Shown here: positions 54,871 to 64,000 of the stretch, piece after piece | How positions within the stretch are numbered: position 1 is the stretch's first letter | Layout: every line of letters begins with the position of its first letter | Source: the human T2T-CHM13v2.0 reference genome, Homo sapiens | Assembly: GCF_009914755.1 (NCBI RefSeq) | Contig: NC_060929.1 | Length of the DNA: 64,000 nt | Strand: one strand, 5' to 3' | Made by a program: the position numbers and the translations under genes | The notes under the pieces: generated by a model | What the model was told of the DNA's origin: nothing | What the model saw: only the letters and a program-made list of their open reading frames with translations | Database searches by the model: none

Positions 54871-56459
54871 AGAAATGTCTTTTTCTCTTGAATGCTATTT
54901 CCTAGGAGGAAGCATGAAGTCTTTATTCTCCACCCACTTAAGTCAGTGATTTCTTTGCTGCTTACCTCTCAGATAAGCTCATGCTACCTTGTATTCTGAT
55001 GGCTGTTTAAAGAAATGCACAGAAATGCATCTAGTTCAAGTGAACTGGAATTATATGATTTGGAGAAGGAATTGGTTAAGCTTCCATGTTCTGGGAAGAA
55101 AGAGTTTGGCAATGCAAACAATGATGTGAGAAAGGTGACCCTTAGGTCTGCATTAAAAAACAAAACAATAACTAGTCTCAAGTAAGTGGGCAGCTTTAAT
55201 GAATGTGCTCATTTGCGAGATACCTGCGTATCTAAGTGTACTCTGTAATAATCTTTGTTTGCTTTCCCTTATAACTCAGGTTATAGCAGTGGCATTCTTG
55301 CCTTTTGGCGAACAAAGCAATCTTGGTTTGAATGACTAATTCCGAAGCTCCAAGATTTTTAGGAGTCCCCAGGACCTTGCATTCTCTTGATGACTTCTGT
55401 CCTTATCTCCTGCAGTCAGTTGTGCCATTGGCCCATTCTCCTGTTTTCAGGGAAGTAAAGCTACTCCCATTTTGTGAGCTAGATCACCTTACTGAAGATT
55501 TGAGGGGTCAAGGGGAGAGAAAACACGGTATCCTACAATGTTTTCTGCCACTCTTGTCTCTCTCCCCTCCTCTCCTGTTCATTCCTTGCCATTTTCTTTT
55601 TTTCCCCTCCCTTTTAGGAGCAAGTTTTCTTCCCTGCTATTAGGAGGTAGATAGTTCTGCCCTTCTCTGAAGGCTCTGTGTAAGCTGACATGCATTCCCC
55701 ACTGCAGCTCAATGACCCCAAGACAGTGTCTCGGGACATTGTTCAAGAAATATGGTTTGCATATCTTAAGAGGAATTCTGTAGCATTATCACCAGAAATA
55801 AATTTTTCTCTACTTGTTATAAATGTATATACTTGAAAATAGCAAAATTATGTCTCTTCTTTCAAATTCTATCCTTCTGACTTCTCACCAATGTAGTCTA
55901 TCTGTCTTACTGGTAATTTAATAACAATATTTTATGAAGAAAATAGCTCTATTTTCTAAAAACTACCATGCTATTTTTTTGTTGTTTTCCTGCCATCTAA
56001 TTCCAGGTTATAAAAGTACTATGCCTCTAAGTCATTTGTTATCTCATGACTCCTCACCCCCCACCCTGTACAGGGAAAGTAGAGAGGATGCTGTTTAATT
56101 TTCTTTAAAGATGAACAAAATCAAGGCCCAGGGAGGTGAAATGATCAAAGCTCAACATGCCACATAACTGGCACCAACACCTAAGTTATTTCTAGATGTG
56201 CTCCACTGCCTTTCTCATATGCATCTCCCCAAACTCAATTTAGGAGACCACCAGTTTCACCAGCATGCACGCACCATGATAAGTTCTGCAGTTCAATTCT
56301 GGGGCTGGAAACCACTACAAAGCAACAGAAGAGTGGAAGACGCAGAGACCAAGAACATGCTATCACACTGGCCTTCCAAAGTCTTTGGTCAAGCCATCTG
56401 GGATCAGTTCTCCACCTTGCAGAAGGAATGTGCTTTTAAACTTAACTGGATTACTGTTC

Positions 56460-56975
56460 ATGTTTAATGAGCTTCCCTTTGCCCATGGGTTGCATCCAAA
56501 CTCCTGACACAGCCCTGAGTGATCTATCCTGCTTCTTTTCCATCCTCACTTGAGTTACCTGCCCCTCCTTCACTCTTTTCTAGCCACCTGGCTTTTTCAT
56601 AATTTTTCAAACGTTCTACAGTACCTTCTTTCTCAGACTCCTCCCACAAGCTCTTCTTCCTGCCTAAAATGTAATCCCTTCACCTCACCTGCTACCTTCC
56701 CACCCAGTTCTATGGTTTCTACCTACTTGTCTCCTCCTTTGGAAAGCCTTTCCCCACTGGCCTGTGTTGAGGAGCTTGTCCTCACTTTTTCCCTATTTAT
56801 TGATGCTATAGCAGTTATCAAAATGGTAATCATTTGTTTTTCTGATTTTTTATATTTTATGATCTCTCACTCCCGCTAGACCTTTATGACCTTTGAGTGC
56901 AGTATTTAGAACAGTCCTTGACACATAGTAAGCTTTCAATAAATAATGTTGAATGAATGTTTGAATGAATAAAAG
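56460..56975 (+). mobile_element. L2 3' fragment
   Basis: catccaaactcctgacacagccctgagtgatct.. ending caataaataatgttgaatgaatg..gaatgaat. Confidence 0.7.
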
Positions 56976-57825
56976 AGTAAGGCAGCTTGGAAGAGTGTTT
57001 TCTTCTGCCTGTTCATTTATTTGCCCATTGGACAAATGCTGCTTAGACCTCACCTCCTTCTGTGTGTATTGAGGGGACCCAGGATTTGATCTGACAGGGG
57101 TCCTGTCATCCAACATTTGCAACCAAGTGGGAAGCCAGTTTTGGAGCCCAGTGAGTGAGCACAGACATGGTGTTTGCCAAACCTTCTTATCTGAAACCTT
57201 CCAGAATCTCCTTAAGGCTGCTCAACACATTCCATACCCAATACACCACGATGACCTTTAAGCTGCCAGGTCAGCTGTATTAAATGAGCATGGCTTCTTG
57301 GTTCTGTTGCAGTCCTCCAGATTTCTAGGCTCCCGTTTTGCAATTTCCTGACAAATTGCAAGGGCTCATGGGATTAGTAGCTACATTTAATCTGGTTGTT
57401 TATCATGAATTGAGAAGGCCAGAATGCATATTTTCTGCTAGAAGGGAAAACATTTTAAATTATATGTTAGGGTGCTTTTCCCAATTCTTCCCAACCCTCA
57501 GAGTCCACACAAGCCCATCTCCTTTCCCTGAACTAGACTGGCCTTTTAAATTTTCTGTATACATTCTCTCTGCCTGTCATTTTGTGACACAATCACTTAT
57601 ATTTGCATATTATCACCTAAATAATATTCCGTTATTATTTAGTTACTTTAGTACACATGTATTTATGTGTACATGTGTGTGAGCATGTATATGTGTGCAT
57701 GTGTATTTTGCGTTCCTAGGGAGTTTCTTGGGGACAAGAATGTGCACCTCCTTTATAAACCCCACAATGTTTAGCATGGTCCTAGGAATTCACTAAAAGG
57801 TCAAGGATGTAGGTCCTAAATAATA

Positions 57826-58220
57826 TGTCATATGTTGGCTTCTCTGGTAGCAGACATTGAGACAAAGTTTGGCTTGTAGGATTTTTGTTAGAGATCAACA
57901 AACATGGAGGGAAAGTTGGAGAAGAAAAAGCTAGGCAGATGCAGATTTGAACTGGGATGTGGCCTGACAAAGCCTCAGCCAACCCCACAGAATTGTTCTT
58001 CTGTTGGCCAAAATAACCTGGTTGTTTGGATCTTCGGACCCCTGCCTTGATCAGTCATTGTATATGAGGGTCCCTAAGAAGGGCATGCCCTTGGGTGTCT
58101 TTCTGCTGCTGAGGCAAAGCCTGAAGAAACTGTCAGCAGAAGCTGCCCACTGTCAACTGGGGCAAAAAGTCCTTTCATGAAGGGAAATCTGGGTGGCACA
58201 TCTCCTTGTCCACCATACAG
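57826..58220 (-). mobile_element. Ancient ERVL-type solo LTR (LTR33/40/41-like)
   Basis: tgtcatatgttggcttctctggtagcagacattgagac is the reverse complement of the same LTR terminus type seen at 51040. Confidence 0.6.
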
Positions 58221-59280
58221 CAGATGATACCATCCAATCAAAACCTATCAGATTGAAGTTTGGTAAATGTTTGTGGGATTGAATCCCATTGACCAGACCT
58301 CTGGTTAAGCTGAAAGACCAATCCATGAACCCACACTTGTCCTAGTAAGAAAAAACAGTGATGCTACCTTGGCCTGAGAATATGGGGGAGATAATACATT
58401 GAAATTTAGAAGGGTGCTGGACACATAAAAAAATTCTCACACTTCCAAAATCCAGCCAGAACTGTTTCTTGTCACAGATAACTCTGCTTTGTTGACTCTA
58501 GAAATTCTCCCTGCCTTATCGTGTACCCAAATAAAAATATTTTCCTAACAATACCTGAAATCTTTACCATTTTGACATACATGATATCATCTGACTCATG
58601 TAAAAACATATGAAATAGCAATATTGCTCCCTGTCAAAAGCATTCAATGTAGGCATTTTACAGATTTATTTTTTATGTTTATGGGGTTATATTTCTGGGT
58701 TTGTGCTAAGCACTTTTCTTGGATTGTCCCATTTAATCATAAAAACAACATTATAATATAAATTCTTTTATTCCTATTTTACAGAGAGGGAAACTAAAAT
58801 TCAACAAGGGGGATCAATTTGCCTAAGGTCATAAGCTAGTGAATTGTAGAATCAGAATTTTAATCCAGGCCATCTGATGCTATAGAAATTTTAAAGTTTT
58901 CTTTATAACAAAGACAACTTCTTCATTAAAGATACCTGCCTGATTTGTTTTTGGAAGTCCCCTTAGGGTTTCAAGGCCCCAAGGCTTCAAAGAGTAGAAA
59001 GCTATTCTGCATAGTAATAGTAGAGTAAGGAATTCAAGTTCCCTAGGAAGGGAATGAGAAAGTCCAGGTAGACCAGACCCTCTGCTGAGGAAGAGTTAGA
59101 AAGCACTTCTGGCTCCATCATACCCAGAGCTGCTCAGCTGAAGGTCTTTAGGAGAGCAACAATGAGTAATGAAAGTTAAAAAAAAAATCATGTATGTAAT
59201 ATAAATTTCCTCTTTAATCTTATAAAAGCTTCAGTAAAATTGACATTGCTTATGAAGACACTTGTAGGAGCAGATTTTTT

Positions 59281-59572
59281 TTTTTTTTTTTTTGAGACAG
59301 GGTCTCGCCCTGTCACTCAGGCTGGAATGCAGTGGAGCAATCATGACTCACTGCAGCCTTGATCTCCTGGGCTGAAGTAATCCTTCTGCCTCATCTTCCT
59401 GAGTAGCTGGGACTATAGGCAAGAGCCACCATATCAGGGTAATTGTTTTTATTTTTGTAGAGGCAGGGTCTCACTATGTTTCCCACGCTAATCTCAAACA
59501 CATGCTCAAGCAATCCTCCCGCCTCAGCATCCCAGAGTGCTAAGATTATAGGTGTAAGCCAATGTGCCTGGC
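59281..59572 (-). mobile_element. AluJ SINE
   Basis: Full dimer; TSD AGGAG(C/T)AGATTTTTT at 59266-59280 and 59573-59587. Confidence 0.9.
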
Positions 59573-60808
59573 AGGAGTAGATTTTTTAAAGCAACTTAAG
59601 GAGGTGTTGAGATTCTCATCCCTGGTTTCTGGAGACCAGGGAGACAGCCTAGTGAGACAAAGGATTCCCAGAATAATAAAACAACTAATAACTGGGTTTC
59701 CCTTTCATTTACAGATACCCATCTGAATAGTTGATATTTCTATTTCATAGCTGAAGAAATAGTGACTGTGAGACATCAGTTTGCTGACTGTCATATAGAG
59801 AATAATGACAAACCAGGCCTATAGTCTAAACTTTTCTTTATAACCCTAAGCTGTCTTCAGAAAAGATCAGAAGAAATACTGAAACAAACAAATCAAAAAG
59901 TACTAATATTTTTATTCTTCCCCTAGGTTCTTAAGTTTAATCTCTTTGACCTGAGCAGAGGAAGCCAAATGAAAAGTGAAAGCCACAAATAAGAATCCTT
60001 CTGAGTGACTGTGTGTATAATGGGAGGGAGCTCTGATCTATCCATTGCAAATACTCAGTCTTTCCCCATAAATGACAGTAATCACTGCATAATGAAGTTA
60101 CAGCTCTTGGAGGTGATACAAGGAGCCAAGGGATTTTCAGCCTCAGAGACCTGAAGAAGCTACACACCATAACCCCTCCAAATGGAGGATCCTATTCCTA
60201 CCCATGACAGTTTCTGCAAAGCAGTCATGAAATTTAATTCCAGGGAGATTAAGGTGCTGTTTTAGGATGCAAGCACGTAACCCTCCAAAGAGCAGCAGTG
60301 TTTATATATAGAAAAAAAACCCTGAAACATGAAAGCTTGCTATCAATTTCACATCCATAACCCAGCCAGAGCACTCTCCTCTAGCCGTCTCATTTTCACT
60401 GAAACAGGCATGCATGCCAGTAGGTTTTGTGGTCCCAGATGCCCTCATCGGACCCACAGATGGGAGGGTGGAAGAAGCAGACCAACTCAGGCAAAGGTTC
60501 TGAGCTTCAAATGTTTACTTTGTACCAGGCTTTCTCTGTCCCCAGTGCAGGTGACACAACAGAGAAGAAGAGAGATGTGAACCTTGTCCTCACAGAGCTC
60601 ACAGTTTCATGGGCAAAATGAATTGGAAGATCTGGAAAACAAGACAGAGAACCAAGAGAAGTTCTTAAACTCAGGATATAAGCCTCTCAATTACTTAAAC
60701 TGAGTTAGAAAGGGGATTTGGGGATAAAAAAATAAGTGAAAATTCAGATATTAAAACATTTCTTTCTAAGCCATTGATTCAGCACATAGGGCAGGGTAAA
60801 GGTATTAG

Positions 60809-61353
60809 TGTCAGAGGCATGTGAACAAGAGCAGTTCCATCTTAAACAGGAGCTGGGTAAAATGAGGCTGAGGCCTACTGGGCTGCATTCCCAGATGGTT
60901 AAGGCATTCTAAGTCACAGAATGAGATAGGCGGTCAGCACAAGATACAGGTAGTAAAGATGTTGCTGATGAAACAGATTGCAGTAAAGAAGCCGGCTAAA
61001 ACCCATCAAAACCAAGACGACCAAAAGAGTGACCTCTGGTCATCCTCACTGCTACATTCCCACCAGTGCCATGGCAGTTTACAAATACCCTGGCAATGTC
61101 AGGAAGTTACCTTATATGGTCTAAAAAGGGAAGGCATGAATAATTCACCCCTTGTTTAGCATATCATCAAGAAATAACCATGGGCAGCCAGCAGCCCTTG
61201 GGGCTGCTCTGTGTGTGGGGTAGCCATTCATTTACTCCTCTACTTTCCTAATAAATTTGCTTTCACTTTACTCTATGGACTCACCCTGAATTCTTGGTGC
61301 GAGATCCAAGAACCCTGTCTTGGGGTCTGGATCAGGACCCCTTTCTTGTAATA
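60809..61353 (+). mobile_element. MER41A LTR (5' LTR of an ERV1-class element)
   Basis: TGTCAGAGGCATGTGAACAAGAGCAGTTCCATCTT..gcattcccagatggttaaggcattctaagtcacag..AATAAA..ggacccctttcttgtaATA; lacks the tandem GAS segment of MER41B. Confidence 0.9.
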
Positions 61354-64000
61354 TCTTTCTGGTGACCACAAAGGGACAATAGTGCAGAAACCCCCAACCT
61401 AAAGGCTAACTTTGGGTAAGTGTTGGGGTACTGTAAAATCTGGTGACCACGGAAGCAACTATAGTGAGAAAACCCCTGACCCGAAGGCTAACTTTGGGTA
61501 AGTGTTGAGGTCCGATGACGTATTTCTGGTGAACCCTAAAGGGATGATACTGAGCAGATCCCCCGACCCAAAGGAAATAGACTACAGCACTGATTGGATG
61601 ACTTTGGGTAAGTGGTGGGGTACCCGGGTAAAGGATGGGATTGGGTTAGAGTCCCTTCTAAGATTTAGAAGGTTGGAGGCCCCTCCCAATAATGTCCCTT
61701 TCCGTTAAGAACCGATTTGGCACTACGGGATGTTAACTGTTATTCTCTTTGGGTTAACTGCCTTTGCTGATGGCTGTGGGTGACAGGGTTCCATATGTAC
61801 AGGATTGTGGGACGTGGGGAGCTTTTTCCTCCCTAAAAGGAGAAACTTGAGAGATGATGGGATTGCTGGAAAAGATCCCTTCATGACAGACAGGCAGCCG
61901 CTGAACTTTTCACTGTAGCTGCAATGGGTGGGTCTTTATCTGGCCTCCCTGAGCGCCTCACTTTCCCCACCCTGCCTCAGGCAATGCTTTCCTTTCTCTC
62001 TGCGTGCAAACTGGTTGAATGGTAAAGATCACTGTTTATCTCCTGTTAAGTTTTAATTAATGGGAAAAAGAATTTGTGAGGCTATACTTAAGCTATAGTG
62101 AATCTGTTGTAGTCTGTGCTATGAATTTGTCTTTCTGTATTGTTCTGTCATAATGAGGGGTACTTTAGGATACAACGTGGGCTTAGGACAACTTAAAAGC
62201 CCACTGTTAAGACAAACCAGCAAACTGGTCAGTCATGTCCTTGGAACATGTAACTTGTAACCATGTGGCTGTGCTTTCTTTTTTCACAATGGAGGCTGAG
62301 GTTCAGGGTTCAACTCTGGCTTAGGGGATGATCCTTTATCTTCTGTCTGTCTGTGTATTTACATGTATTATATGTGTGATGTTTATATATGAAAAAGCTT
62401 TAATTAATTGGTTTAATAATAATGAAAGCTTAAATCAAATATTTTGTTAGAAAAATAAAAAGTGTAATGCCTTATAGTTCATGTGACCTAAGTAATCTTT
62501 GGGAAACAAAAACAGTTTTAAAGATTATTGGTAAAATAAAGACATTTGGTCTAAATTATACAGGTCAGATATTAAGTTCACTAAATGATTTAAGGTCATA
62601 AACTGCTTCTATGACTTTTGGAAATTGTTCAATTTACCTACTTCGTTTGTTTGTTTGTTTTTTGAGATGGAGTCTCACTCTGTTGCCCAGGCTGCAGTGC
62701 AGTGGTGTGTCTCGGCTCATTGCCACCTCTGCCTTCCAGGTTCAAGCGATTCTCCTGCCTCAGTCTCCTACTGGGTAGCTTGGACTACAGGTGTGTGCCA
62801 CCAGGCCTGGCTAATTTTTTTGTATTTTTAGTAGAGACAAGTTTTGGCCATGTTAGCCAGGCTGGTCTTGAACTCCTGACCACAGGTGATCCGCCTGCCT
62901 CAGCCTCCCAAAGTTCTGGTGTTACAGGCATGTGCCACCACACCCGGCCCAATTTACCTACTTTGGAGCATTAGATTCTAGATACCGCCTGGGGACATGT
63001 GGAGTTAGCCACACCCCGTAGCTATGCTGGAGAGTCAGCTTTTATCTGCACTTCTGCCTGATGTGTCCTAGGCTAGGCTCCACACCTAGTACACAATTAA
63101 AAACCCAAACTTACCAAGGTTTTCATCAAAAGTAAAAGTCGCTAAGAGTTAACAGTATAACATACAATTGAGACTACAGAAGTTTTACATACAAGGTGTC
63201 TAAGGAAAGTAGAATGTACTTTTGGTAAAGATTGTAAGAAGGCATGGGAATATGATTTTTTTTTTTTGGCCTAGATTAAAAGGTTAAAGCATTGTTTTAA
63301 GTTAGATAGAATAAAGCTAAAGATTTGAACAAGTTATGGAAGGTTTGTAAAAAATTAATTGTAAAAGAGATTCTGTGTGTGAACATATAGGCTAAAGTAA
63401 AAGGGGTATTCTTCAGTTTTTCCATAAATTAAACATTGGAACAAAAGCACAACAGGTTTTTCTTAGAGCACTTATCTGCTCTTTAACAAAAATTGTAAAG
63501 GGAATGGCATGCTTTCCTTAAGCAATTAAAACTTGACTTATAAAGCCAATAAAAGCCCTTTGGGGAACTGGCCTCATACCTTGCCTATACAGTCCCTATA
63601 TAACATTTCTGACTTGTGGTAAGTAAAGAATGTCACTTTCCAACAGGTCCAGGAGCCCCAAGTTATCTTGGGACCTCAAGAGAATGGGAATTTACTCAAT
63701 TCATAGGTATTTGAGGGTACAAACCCATGGCAGATCTTGGCCTTAAAAAAAGTCTTATCTGAGATTCCTTCTGTGGAACAGAGTTCCATCAAAGCCAATT
63801 TACAAAGAGCTTATTTGAAAAATAATTATTCTTGCTGCACTTTATACACATAACCAGGCCAAGTGTAATAAAACAAATCAGTCTTACCATTATTTATCTT
63901 TAGTAAAAATGGGAAACTGGAGAGAGAAATGTTATGTTTCAAGAACTATGGTATGCTTGTTATTAAATTCTAGTCTCATTGGTTATTTTTAAGTTTGTTT
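61354..64000 (+). mobile_element. MER41 internal (MER4-group, non-autonomous, AT-rich) sequence, continuing beyond the window
   Basis: Directly follows the LTR with PBS TGGTGACCACAAAGGGAC (tRNA-Arg-like); AT-rich non-coding interior typical of the MER4 group. Confidence 0.85.
62644..62949 (-). mobile_element. AluS(x/z-like) inserted in MER41-int
   Basis: Full dimer with (TTTG)n tail; perfect 14-bp TSD CAATTTACCTACTT (62630-62643 and 62950-62963). Confidence 0.95.

Overview
Primate, human-like intergenic or intronic DNA that is AT-rich, CpG-poor and dominated by transposable elements. I recognise no host protein-coding exon, RNA gene or CRISPR-like array, and nearly all short ORFs in the track are noise or antisense shadows of repeats. 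Main elements: (1) a complete but defective ~6.7 kb HERV-S/HERVL18-type (LTR18) provirus on the minus strand (12989-19707) with a perfect GGTGG target-site duplication, a tRNA-Ser-like PBS and gag-pro-pol-env remnants, inserted into an older MLT1 LTR; (2) a full-length L1PA5-like LINE-1 on the minus strand (21946-28097) with a 16-bp TSD; (3) a MER41A LTR plus MER41 internal sequence on the plus strand (60809 to the window end); (4) several Alus, truncated L1s, MaLR/ERVL LTRs, hAT MITEs, L2 and MIR. I found no convincing new biological system. The most unusual details are a ~190-bp twin-primed (5'-inverted) L1, a probable dead dUTPase-derived domain and a compact gamma-type env in the provirus, an in-frame leucine-zipper duplication in gag, asymmetric AP-1 retention between the two LTR18s, a triplicated PBS/splice-donor leader in MER41-int, and a few candidate regulatory and splice signals. 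Subfamily calls come from remembered consensus features, not from a database search.
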